A stretch of DNA of 57,046 nt from Nitrospirota bacterium (GTDB taxonomy: Bacteria > JACPQY01). The stretch spans positions 1 through 57,046 of the forward strand of contig JACPAV010000027.1 in assembly GCA_016180645.1 (NCBI GenBank), in the 5' to 3' direction. A program made the translations under genes and the position numbers. The stretch's first letter is position 1, and each line of letters begins with the position of its first letter. This document shows, in pieces, positions 36,845 through 45,699 of this stretch. The notes under the pieces are model-generated. The model worked only from the letters and a program-made list of their open reading frames with translations. It was not told where the DNA came from and ran no database searches.

Positions 36845-36898
36845 TTGACAAGAAAACAGGGTTTGGTACTATGGTCCGGTGGTTGAACCAGTGAACCA
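36845..36898 (+). promoter_or_regulatory. Sigma70 promoter with FadR/GntR-type operator
   Basis: TTGACA-16 nt-TACTAT; TGGT-N4-TGGTTGAACCA-N4-ACCA at 36872-36898. Confidence 0.75.
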
Positions 36899-36932
36899 AA
36901 TGCAACGCCCAGCCGACCGATCGGAGGTTTCC

Positions 36933-37502
36933 ATGGCTCCATCCCCAGCTCACACGCCGGCAGCCGCCGTCTCGCTCCTGCCAACACCAGCAAACCAGGC
37001 GGTTCGCGCCCTCGAAAAGGACCTCGCCGACTTCGAGGCGACCCGCGGCGAATGGATGCGGCGGATTGCCCTCAACATCGGAAAACTTCAGCAACGATTC
37101 GGCAACAATGCTGTGGGACGCTTCGTGCTCAAACACTTCACCACCCGAATCATCGCAGGGATGATCGTCCGCCTCCGGGTGCTCGGCGTAGGTACAACGG
37201 CTCCCCAATCTGCGCGCGACCTCGTTTACGACTGGCTCAAGCTCGCCAAGTTTTTTCACGCCCCGGTGGAGGTGCAATCGATGACCCCCCATCAGGTCGT
37301 CGTGTGTCACCACGAATGCACGATGGGATTCAGGCCCGGCCAAGGCAAGCTCTGCCGCGCCAGTATGAATATGGATGTCCAGATTATCCGACGCTTGGGC
37401 GGCAAGATGACCATCGAACACACGCTGGCTGAAGGCGCGGACCACTGCCGGCACGTGATCGAGTTCCCCGCTCCTAGAGCTGAAGTAGGGGCGACTCGGT
37501 GA
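36933..37502 (+). CDS. Hypothetical protein, ATC-hydrolase/V4R-like Cys-containing fold
   Basis: GGAGG RBS; HEC..LC...D..TLAEGADHC pattern. Confidence 0.6.
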   Translation: MAPSPAHTPAAAVSLLPTPANQAVRALEKDLADFEATRGEWMRRIALNIGKLQQRFGNNAVGRFVLKHFTTRIIAGMIVRLRVLGVGTTAPQSARDLVYDWLKLAKFFHAPVEVQSMTPHQVVVCHHECTMGFRPGQGKLCRASMNMDVQIIRRLGGKMTIEHTLAEGADHCRHVIEFPAPRAEVGATR

Positions 37503-38290
37503 CTCAACCCCAAACGGGCGCAAAAGCGCCTCGCACCGAGTCGATTCCGAACGGGGAGGCGCTTCAGGCCGCCTTCCACCCCATCGAGAAGCGCAAAGCG
37601 ATCTATGAGGAGGTCATTCGACAGGTCCAGAAACTCATCGAAGACGGCCGTTTCCGCCCGGGGGATCGGCTCCCCGCCGAGCGTGCGCTGGCGGACCAAT
37701 TCGGCGTGAACCGCGCCTCAGTGCGCCAGGCGCTCCATTCCCTCTACCTGCTCCGCGTCGTCGACATCCGTCCGGGCGAAGGCGCCTTCGTTCGTGATCC
37801 CCGGAAGGAAGGCAGCATCGAGGCGTTTCTCCTCGCCGTCATGTCCGAAGAAGGGCTGGATGCCCGCCTGATGGCCGAGGCCCTCGAAGCACGCCGGCTT
37901 TTGGAGGTTCCGCTCGCCGGCTGGGCCGCCGAGGGCGCGACCCCGGAAGACCTGGCGCGCCTCCGCGAGATTTACACCCGAATGGAAAAGGCCTTCGGCG
38001 CGGGCGACCCCTCCTACATCGAACTGGACTGGGAGTTCCACTTGGCCATCGACCATATGAGCGGGCGCCGCCTTCTGCCGCGCCTCCTCACCACCTTCTA
38101 TTCCATGTTCCGCGGCAAGTTCTATTCCCTCTTCGTCGAGATGGGCAAATACCACTTCTCGCTCGATGAGCATCGCAAAATCATCTCCGCTATCGAGAGA
38201 AAAGATGCCGCCGCAGCCCGACGGGCCGTTGCCGCACACCTCTCCGGCGTGGAGGGCTTCCTCGAAAGCGATTCAACCCATGCGGATTGA
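37499..38290 (+). CDS. FadR/GntR family regulator
   Basis: PGDRLPAERALADQFGVNRASVRQAL; FCD domain D.EFH...EH..I. Confidence 0.93.
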   Translation: MTQPQTGAKAPRTESIPNGEALQAAFHPIEKRKAIYEEVIRQVQKLIEDGRFRPGDRLPAERALADQFGVNRASVRQALHSLYLLRVVDIRPGEGAFVRDPRKEGSIEAFLLAVMSEEGLDARLMAEALEARRLLEVPLAGWAAEGATPEDLARLREIYTRMEKAFGAGDPSYIELDWEFHLAIDHMSGRRLLPRLLTTFYSMFRGKFYSLFVEMGKYHFSLDEHRKIISAIERKDAAAARRAVAAHLSGVEGFLESDSTHAD

Positions 38291-39605
38291 AGTCCCCTGG
38301 GGCGACGCGTCACTGGCCCTCGACCTGCCCGACGATTGGGAGATCGTTCGCGCCGCCAACCCCTCCCGGCTCAAGGCCGTGGAGTCCGTTGAGCTTGAAT
38401 TGGAACGCGCGCTGTCCAATCCCATCGGCTGTGCTCCGCTGAGCAACATCCTTCGCCCCGAACATCGAGTCGCCTGTGTGGTGGACGACATCGGCCGCCC
38501 CACTCCGGCGTTCCGCCTGCTTCCTTTGATCCTCAAACGGGTTGCCTCCGCGGGTATCCCCCGCGAAAACCAGACTCTCGTGTTCGCCACGGGTCTGCAC
38601 CGCGGACTGACCGAAGAGGAAATGGTGAAGAAAGTGGGCCGGGAAGTTTTCCAGTCCGTTCGATGTATCAATCACAACGCGAAGGATGCGAACAATCTCC
38701 TCCGGCTCGGGACGACCTCCCGGGGGACACCCGCCATCTTCAACAAGGGGGTCGCCGAGGCGGACGTTCGAATTCTCGTGGGGACGATCGAGCCCCACGT
38801 CCAGGCCGGATTCGGCGGCGGCTGCAAGAACCTGCTCCCGGGAGTGGCGGCAGCCGAGAGCATCGGGGCGAATCACTTTCTGGGCGCCGACCCGGAGCAC
38901 TTCAGCATGATCGGATTCGCGCCGGACCGGAATCCCATGCGGCAGGACCTCGAAGAGGCGGCCCTGATGCTGGGGGGCGCCACGTTCATCGTCAACACCC
39001 TGCTGACTCCGAAGCTCCAAGTGGCGCGTATCCTTGCAGGGCACCCGATCCAAGCCCACCGGGAAGGGCTTTCCGCCGTAAGTCATTCCTACGCCGTGCC
39101 GCTGGAGCAGCCGGCCGACCTCGTGATTACGAATTCCTATCCGCTTGATGTGAATCTGAGACAGGACGTGAAATCCGTGGCCAATGTCCTCTTCGCGGCG
39201 AAACCCAACGGGACGATTCTCGCCTTGTTGCGATCGAGACTCGGTCTGGATGATGTCCGCATCCCATCGTCCCGGTTAGGCCTGCCCCTTGAATGGATTC
39301 GGACCCTCCTCCGCGCCGCGCCCGCTCGCGCGATCCGCGCCCTTTCCACCAGTCCTCGAACGGGGATCGCCGTGGAAGAGCGGTTCTTCCTCTATTTCGC
39401 CCTCCAGGCGCTCAAACGTAATCGCATCTTTGTGTTTTCGCCCACGCTCGCGAGCCAGGTCAACGGCAAGCTCAGAGGCATCCCTCTCAGCGGTGATCTG
39501 GATGTCGCCATCCGAGAGGTGAAACGCCGACTCCCTTCACGTCCGCGTGTGGTCGTATTTCCCGAGGGCGGAGTGACCTACCCCTTGATGGAGGGTCACG
39601 CATGA
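38280..39605 (+). CDS. LarA-family nickel-pincer 2-hydroxy acid racemase/epimerase
   Basis: DDIGRP, ATGLHR, NHNA, EPHVQAGFGGGCK, NH, NPMRQD. Confidence 0.9.
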   Translation: MRIEVPWGDASLALDLPDDWEIVRAANPSRLKAVESVELELERALSNPIGCAPLSNILRPEHRVACVVDDIGRPTPAFRLLPLILKRVASAGIPRENQTLVFATGLHRGLTEEEMVKKVGREVFQSVRCINHNAKDANNLLRLGTTSRGTPAIFNKGVAEADVRILVGTIEPHVQAGFGGGCKNLLPGVAAAESIGANHFLGADPEHFSMIGFAPDRNPMRQDLEEAALMLGGATFIVNTLLTPKLQVARILAGHPIQAHREGLSAVSHSYAVPLEQPADLVITNSYPLDVNLRQDVKSVANVLFAAKPNGTILALLRSRLGLDDVRIPSSRLGLPLEWIRTLLRAAPARAIRALSTSPRTGIAVEERFFLYFALQALKRNRIFVFSPTLASQVNGKLRGIPLSGDLDVAIREVKRRLPSRPRVVVFPEGGVTYPLMEGHA

Positions 39606-40570
39606 TCCTCGTAGCCGGGGGAAACGGCTACCTGGGTCGCCATCTCGTGCGAGCGCTCTCTGAACGTGGCGAATCGGTGCGGGTATTCGACCGCGTCCGC
39701 CCCACAGCCCTTCCGGAACGCTGCGTTGTGCTGCGGGGCGACGTCAGGGACGCCGACAAATGCCGCCAAGCCGTGGAGGGCTGTTCCGTCGTCTTCCACC
39801 TCGTCGGAATCATGCCGCAGGCGAAGGCATCCGAAACGCTCATGCACCAAGTTAACGTCGGAGGAACGGCCAACCTTCTCAAGGCGAGTGTCGAAGCGGG
39901 AGTGAAACGATTCGTTTTTCTTTCCAGCATGGAAGTGTACGGGGCATCCGGAAAAGTCCCTCTTGAAGAAGGCGATCAGCCGCAACCGATCGGGGAATAC
40001 GGACGCAACAAGCAGGAAGCGGAGGCGCTCTGCCTCGACACCATGAAGAAATCCGGACTTGAAGTAGTCATCCTCCGTCCTTCCACCATCGTGGGACGGC
40101 AGGTCATCGACCACCAGCTCCGCTCACTTCTCAACTGGGTCGCGCGCAAATGGCCGCTCGTCTCGATCGGCAACGGCCACAGCCGATTCCAGATGTCCTC
40201 ACTCCAGGATTGCGTCTCGGCATGCCTCCTCGCCGTCGAAAGACAGGAAGCATCCGGCCAGGTCTTCAATATCGGGGCCGACGATCCCCCGTCCATCCGG
40301 GAGTTCATGAAGTCGGTGCGCAAGTTGAGTCACAATCCGTTCCCGGTCCTCGCGGTCCCGGCGAAACCGATCAAATGGGTTCTGGCGGCGCTGGACGGGA
40401 TGGGCATCTCCGCCGTGCCCCCCGATCACTTCAAGCTCCTCGATGCCACGTTCGTGATGGACTGCAACAAGGCCAAGAGGATTCTTGGCTGGCGCCCCAC
40501 GCAGTCCAACCTTGATATGTTCCAGGAGGCCTACCAATCGTTTGTAACCGACCGAGGGAGGGAATCATGA
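39602..40570 (+). CDS. NAD-dependent epimerase/dehydrogenase (extended SDR)
   Basis: GGNGYLG, SS, YGRNK. Confidence 0.9.
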   Translation: MILVAGGNGYLGRHLVRALSERGESVRVFDRVRPTALPERCVVLRGDVRDADKCRQAVEGCSVVFHLVGIMPQAKASETLMHQVNVGGTANLLKASVEAGVKRFVFLSSMEVYGASGKVPLEEGDQPQPIGEYGRNKQEAEALCLDTMKKSGLEVVILRPSTIVGRQVIDHQLRSLLNWVARKWPLVSIGNGHSRFQMSSLQDCVSACLLAVERQEASGQVFNIGADDPPSIREFMKSVRKLSHNPFPVLAVPAKPIKWVLAALDGMGISAVPPDHFKLLDATFVMDCNKAKRILGWRPTQSNLDMFQEAYQSFVTDRGRES

Positions 40571-42696
40571 AAGAAAGTCCAACGCCCGAATTCACTATCG
40601 AGTATTTCCGCCGCATTCAGGCCACTCTTGAAAACGACGAGGCCTTCAAGAACTCCCTCCGGGGCGTGGAGGCCGAGTTCGGCATCGGCTATCCGGGGAA
40701 ACAGATGATTCTCTCGCTCAAGGAGGGCCGCCTCGACATTCGGGAGGGAACCCCCGAGCAAGCCGACGCGGGCGTGTTCGTCAGCGAGGAGGGCTGGAAG
40801 AAGCTCATGGCCGGCACCAATCCCGCCCGACTCCTCATTACGCGCAAACTGAAACTCCAAGGCAACTACATGCGCTACGCCAAGTTCATGGGACCCGTCC
40901 TCCAGGTTCTGGAAATCCTCCAAGGCAAGCGGCCGCTCGTCGAGGTGCCGTCGACCGTCACCCGTGAACCGTCACCCGCCCCGATGACCTCCCGCAAGAA
41001 CTCTTCCCCAGCCCCTGAAGCACAGCCTCTGACCCCTGATTCCGATCCGTACGTATTCAAGAAGAAAAGCAAGACGCTGATCGAAAGTGAGGACGGCATT
41101 CCCACCGGAGTCGTCCGGCTGGCCATCATGCGGGGCGCCGGAATTCCGGTGGATTCCATTCAGAAAAAACCGGTGATCGCCATCGCCAACACCTGGGCCG
41201 AAACCACCGCGGGACACGTCCATCTGCGCGAGCTCGCGCGCCACGTCCGGGATGGAATCCTGGAAGCCGGAGGAGTCCCGCTGGAGTTCAACGTGCTCGG
41301 ACCGTGCGACGCCTACGGCAACGGCAACTCCGGCATGCGCTATATCCTCGCCCAGCGCGAGATCATTGCGGATTCGATCGAGACGTTCGCCCGCTCCCAC
41401 TGGTTCGACGGACTCGTCACGATGTCGTCATGCGACAAGAGCAACCCCGGCGTGCTTATGGCCATCGCCCGCCTGGATCTGCCGGCCATCTGCGTTACCG
41501 GCGGCTCGAACATGATGAACGCCCGTTTCCAGAAGGGTTATCGAGGCCTCAATCATCAAAACTACGAGGACATGGCGATGAAACTCGAAACCACCACCTG
41601 CGCCACGTGCGGCTCGTGCGAACTCATGACCACCGCCAACACGATGCAGGCGGCCATGGAGGCCATGGGCATGGCGCTGCCGGGTTCGGCAACGATCCCC
41701 GGTTTCATGGTGGACAAACAATTCGCGGCGCGCGCGGCCGGCCGACGAATCGTGGGATTGATCAAGGAAGACCTCCGGCCCTCGAAGATCATGACGTACG
41801 AGGCTTTTGAGAACGCCATCATGGTCGACATGGCCATCGGCGGCTCCACCAATGCCACTCTTCATCTCCCGGCGATCGCCCACGAATGCGGATTCAAGCT
41901 TGACCTTGAACTCTTCAACAAGTACGCCGCGCGCATCCCTACTCTCGCCGGCATCGCGCCGTCCGGTCCTTTCGGCATGTTCGACCTTCACCAAGCCGGA
42001 GGAATCTTTGCCCTGATGAAGAGAATCGAGGATGATCTGCATCTGGACGCACTCACGGTAACGGGACGCACCCTCCGCGAAGAACTCCGCAGCGCGCGGG
42101 TCCTGGACGACAAGGTCATCACATCACGCGAGAAACCATTCTATCCCGAGGGGGGAACGGTCATATTGCGCGGCAACTTGGCCCCGCGCGGCTCAGTCAT
42201 CAAGCAGTCCGCTGTCGCCCGCGAATTCCACCGCTTCCGCGGACCCGCCCGTGTCTTCAACAGCGAAGCCGATACGCTGCGCGCTCTCCAAAACGATCAG
42301 ATTCAGCACGGCGACGCCGTGGTCATCCGGTACGAAGGCCCCAAGGGCGCGCCCGGGATGCCCGAAATGCTGACTGTGACGATGATGCTTGAAGCGATGG
42401 GGCTGAGAGACGTGGCCCTCGTGACCGATGGGCGATTCTCGGGCGCGAGCCACGGGCCGTGCGTCGGCCATGTCACCCCCGAGGCCTACGCCGGCGGCCC
42501 GATCGCAGCCGTCCGTGACGGAGACGCCGTGCGAATCGATATTCCGGAGCGCGGGATCGAGGTTGAGCTTTCGGAATCCGAGATTCGCAGTCGGCTGGCG
42601 GACTTCACCCCGGTCTCGCGACCCATCGAACGAGGGTATCTTCAGCGCTATCGAAGGCTCGTCGGTTCCGCCGCCGAAGGGGCCGTGCTGAGTTGA
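40567..42696 (+). CDS. SCP2 sterol-carrier domain fused to IlvD/Edd-family dehydratase
   Basis: N-terminal ~118 aa SCP2-like (W.KLMAG.NP...ITRKLKLQGN); Pro/Ser linker; PCD, CDK..PG, CGSC..M.TANTM, GGSTN, GPKG.PGMPEM, TDGRFSG, GHVTPEA. Confidence 0.88.
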   Translation: MKESPTPEFTIEYFRRIQATLENDEAFKNSLRGVEAEFGIGYPGKQMILSLKEGRLDIREGTPEQADAGVFVSEEGWKKLMAGTNPARLLITRKLKLQGNYMRYAKFMGPVLQVLEILQGKRPLVEVPSTVTREPSPAPMTSRKNSSPAPEAQPLTPDSDPYVFKKKSKTLIESEDGIPTGVVRLAIMRGAGIPVDSIQKKPVIAIANTWAETTAGHVHLRELARHVRDGILEAGGVPLEFNVLGPCDAYGNGNSGMRYILAQREIIADSIETFARSHWFDGLVTMSSCDKSNPGVLMAIARLDLPAICVTGGSNMMNARFQKGYRGLNHQNYEDMAMKLETTTCATCGSCELMTTANTMQAAMEAMGMALPGSATIPGFMVDKQFAARAAGRRIVGLIKEDLRPSKIMTYEAFENAIMVDMAIGGSTNATLHLPAIAHECGFKLDLELFNKYAARIPTLAGIAPSGPFGMFDLHQAGGIFALMKRIEDDLHLDALTVTGRTLREELRSARVLDDKVITSREKPFYPEGGTVILRGNLAPRGSVIKQSAVAREFHRFRGPARVFNSEADTLRALQNDQIQHGDAVVIRYEGPKGAPGMPEMLTVTMMLEAMGLRDVALVTDGRFSGASHGPCVGHVTPEAYAGGPIAAVRDGDAVRIDIPERGIEVELSESEIRSRLADFTPVSRPIERGYLQRYRRLVGSAAEGAVLS

Positions 42697-43385
42697 AAAT
42701 CACTTTCATTGGCCAGTCCTCATTCAAGATCGAGCTCGACTCGGGGGCGGTGGTGCTGACCGATCCCTGGTTCGGCGGCTATCCCCTTCTCCGAGCGCGC
42801 CGCCCCGCTCTTGGGCCAAACGAAATCGGGGATGTGAAATTGATCCTGGTTTCGCATAACCACATCGACCACATCGATCGGCGCGCTCTTCGGCTGGCCC
42901 TGGAGAAATCCTCCATCGTCGCCGGCCCCCCGTCCGTGGCCCATCGAGCGAAGGTCCGCGGCATCGAAGCCGTGAGCCTCGCTCTCCGGAAGGACTACGA
43001 TTTCGGAGGGCTCAATGTCCACACCGTGCCCGCCGACCATCCCTTGTGCTCCAGTCCATTCGGCTACCTAATTCAGGGTGACGGGAAGACGTTATACTTC
43101 AGCGGTGACACCCGGAATTTCCCGGCTCTGCGTTCCGCCCTTAAAGGCCGCTCCATCGACGTCGCCTTGCTCCAAATCGCCTGCGCCCGGTACTTTGGAA
43201 AGCCGGACGGAATGGACGTTCACTCGGCGGCCGATTTGGCACGCGAGATACATCCGAAGTGCGTCGTCCCGATGCACTATCACGCCCGTTTCAAAGAGGC
43301 CGATCCCCGGCAATTCAAGGAGACACTGACGGAATCGGGAATCCACGTCCAAATCCTGGAGCCGGGAGTTGAGGCGGTTCTGTGA
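42693..43385 (+). CDS. MBL-fold hydrolase (UlaG-like, possible lactonase)
   Basis: LTDPW, SHNHIDH, H, FSGDT, PMHY. Confidence 0.88.
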   Translation: MKITFIGQSSFKIELDSGAVVLTDPWFGGYPLLRARRPALGPNEIGDVKLILVSHNHIDHIDRRALRLALEKSSIVAGPPSVAHRAKVRGIEAVSLALRKDYDFGGLNVHTVPADHPLCSSPFGYLIQGDGKTLYFSGDTRNFPALRSALKGRSIDVALLQIACARYFGKPDGMDVHSAADLAREIHPKCVVPMHYHARFKEADPRQFKETLTESGIHVQILEPGVEAVL

Positions 43386-44365
43386 CCCTTCAAGCTTTCG
43401 AAGGTGTCTATCCCGTGGTTCCCACGCCACTCAAAGAAGACTACAGCGTGGACGAATCCGCCCTTGCCGCGGTGATCGAGTTCCTGATCCGGCGCCGTGT
43501 CCACGGGATCACCGTCCTCGGTTCGAACGGGGAATTCACCTATTTCACCTTTGAGGAGAAAGGCCGCATCCTTCGCGCCGCCGTGCGGGCCGCCAAGGGG
43601 CGCGTCAGGATTCTCGCGGGGACGGGAGCCATGGGAACCGAAGAAACCCTCGCTCTGACTCGCATGGCGAAGGATGTGGGCGCCGATGGCGCCCTCGTCG
43701 CCCTCCCCACCTACTACCCTGCCGCTTTCCCCCAGGTGAAAGCCCACTACCAGGCCGTCGCCCGTCTCGGCCTCCCGATTCTCTTTTATCACTTCCCTGA
43801 TTGCACCCACCTCGTCCTCACGCCCCGCCAGGTGGCGGAGATTTGCATGCTGGAGGGCATCGCGGGGATGAAGGCAAGTATCGTCGATCTGCGGGCCTTC
43901 AAGAGCTACCTCCGAAGAATCTCGAAACCGGCCTTCCATGCTTTCACAGGCGTGACGTACTTGTTCAGACCCGCGCTCGAAAGCGGCGCGAGCGGATTGA
44001 TCTGCCCGATCTCCGCCATTTTTCCCGAGGCCGCCGTCGGTTTCTACGAGGCGTGGAAGAAAGGCGATGCCGCAGCCGCACGGGCCCACGAGACATCGCT
44101 TTGGAAAACGCTCCCCCTCATGAGCGGCTCGGAGGCTCCGTGGCAGGCCTTGTCACTGGGATTTCAGATCGTGAGCAAAACAGGCATCCCCGTGCCCGCC
44201 CGCGGCGGCGACTCTCCGGCCGTCTTCAAGGAGGTCCTGCGGCTCCGCGGACTGCCGATCCGACCGCTCGTCCGCCGCCCCCTGCGACAACTGAATTCGG
44301 CCGAGGCCGCAAGAGCCAAGCGAACCTGGCAGGAGATCCAGAAGAACGGAGTCATGGACACATGA
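43382..44365 (+). CDS. DapA/NAL-family aldolase or dehydratase
   Basis: GSNGEF, YHFP, GMKAS Schiff-base Lys. Confidence 0.9.
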   Translation: MTLQAFEGVYPVVPTPLKEDYSVDESALAAVIEFLIRRRVHGITVLGSNGEFTYFTFEEKGRILRAAVRAAKGRVRILAGTGAMGTEETLALTRMAKDVGADGALVALPTYYPAAFPQVKAHYQAVARLGLPILFYHFPDCTHLVLTPRQVAEICMLEGIAGMKASIVDLRAFKSYLRRISKPAFHAFTGVTYLFRPALESGASGLICPISAIFPEAAVGFYEAWKKGDAAAARAHETSLWKTLPLMSGSEAPWQALSLGFQIVSKTGIPVPARGGDSPAVFKEVLRLRGLPIRPLVRRPLRQLNSAEAARAKRTWQEIQKNGVMDT

Positions 44366-45699
44366 AATACCTGTTGATGCTGTCGCTGATCCTGCTCCCC
44401 GCGCCATGGGTCCATGCCCGCGAGCCCAAAGGCATATACCCCGAAATCCGCGGAACTTTTGATCCGGTGGCGTTGGCGCCGGTCCTCGAAAAGGGCACGA
44501 TCGTCATCATTCATGAAGAGCCTGGAAAACCGACCTTCTTGACGGGCATCCTGCTGATTCATGCCTCCTTCGAGAAGGTCTGGAGCGTGGTGACGGACTA
44601 CGAGAAATATCACGAGTTCGTTCCAAACGTCATCCGCAATACCGTGCTCCAGCGGCATCCGGAAACCCATACCCAGGACACCGAGTACAAGACCGGGTTC
44701 AAGGCAGGACCGATCGAACTGGGCATCGTTTGGACCCTGGAACAACATCTGGAGAAGGACGAACACACCATTTGGGCCGGTCCCTCGAAGATCGGTGAGC
44801 AGGCCTTTAGCGCCGTCAACTACCGCGAAATCTATTTTCCCGTGGACGAACATCGAACGATCATGACCTACACGAACTACGCAGACTTGGCTTCCTTCGG
44901 CGCCCTCGCCAAGCTGGTATTCAAGACCTTTCCCGAGTTGGAGACGCCGACCCTCGTCTCCGTTGGCACGCTCTTCCCCGAGTCCATCAAGGAGCGCGTG
45001 GAGGGCACGCGGGTGATCGTCGAGCCCAAGGAGTTCGATCGCGACCGCGTGAAAATTCCCCCTCCCATCGAGAACAGCGGTGTTCTCGACGGACTGATCC
45101 GCCGCTTTCGGAAGATCGTCCTCTCGTGGTATCCCGATTCGAATGGCATCCGCTTCTTTTCCGCCCTGGCGTTGGTCGACGCCCCATCCGAACAATGCAA
45201 AGCCGTCGTTTCGGATTTCGCTTCCTACCCGCGGATTTTCAAGACCGTCGAGAGCACGCGCAAAGTAAAAGGCACCCCCGATCGATTCACGATGGAGTAT
45301 CGCATGAAGTACAAGGTGGCCCTCCCGCTGACCTTCGAATACTCCCTGGACTACACTTGGGATCCCGAAGGCCGGCGGCTCTCATTTGCCCTCAATCGCA
45401 TTCGCGATCACACCATCGAAGGGGAGTGGGGGGCCTGGGATTTCTATCCCTCGGACGAAAAGACCTTGGTCGGCTACACCAGCTTCACCGATCTTCGGTC
45501 CGGCGGGTTATTTCTTCGCCTTCTCATGGACAATATCGCGGGCTTCGGCACGGGCTTCCGCGTCGGCCTCAACTCGATGGTCATGCAGGCCCTCTCTTCG
45601 GCCATGGCCAAACCGACCCCCAGGACGGGGGAAGTGCCGCGGGAAGACAGGAGTCTGGAGCGGCCGCACGTCTCAAACGGCTCGGAGGTAGGATTCTGA
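44362..45699 (+). CDS. Secreted tandem SRPBCC/START-fold protein
   Basis: Signal peptide; two repeats (EKVWSVVTDYEKYHEFVP / EQCKAVVSDFASYPRIFK). Confidence 0.75.
   Translation: MKYLLMLSLILLPAPWVHAREPKGIYPEIRGTFDPVALAPVLEKGTIVIIHEEPGKPTFLTGILLIHASFEKVWSVVTDYEKYHEFVPNVIRNTVLQRHPETHTQDTEYKTGFKAGPIELGIVWTLEQHLEKDEHTIWAGPSKIGEQAFSAVNYREIYFPVDEHRTIMTYTNYADLASFGALAKLVFKTFPELETPTLVSVGTLFPESIKERVEGTRVIVEPKEFDRDRVKIPPPIENSGVLDGLIRRFRKIVLSWYPDSNGIRFFSALALVDAPSEQCKAVVSDFASYPRIFKTVESTRKVKGTPDRFTMEYRMKYKVALPLTFEYSLDYTWDPEGRRLSFALNRIRDHTIEGEWGAWDFYPSDEKTLVGYTSFTDLRSGGLFLRLLMDNIAGFGTGFRVGLNSMVMQALSSAMAKPTPRTGEVPREDRSLERPHVSNGSEVGF

Noticed and set aside
43382-44365. Housekeeping dapA (and ilvD at 40567) for amino-acid synthesis
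   Set aside because: GSNGE rather than GTTGE, plus the SCP2 fusion and catabolic context, argue for paralogues; gene symbols withheld.
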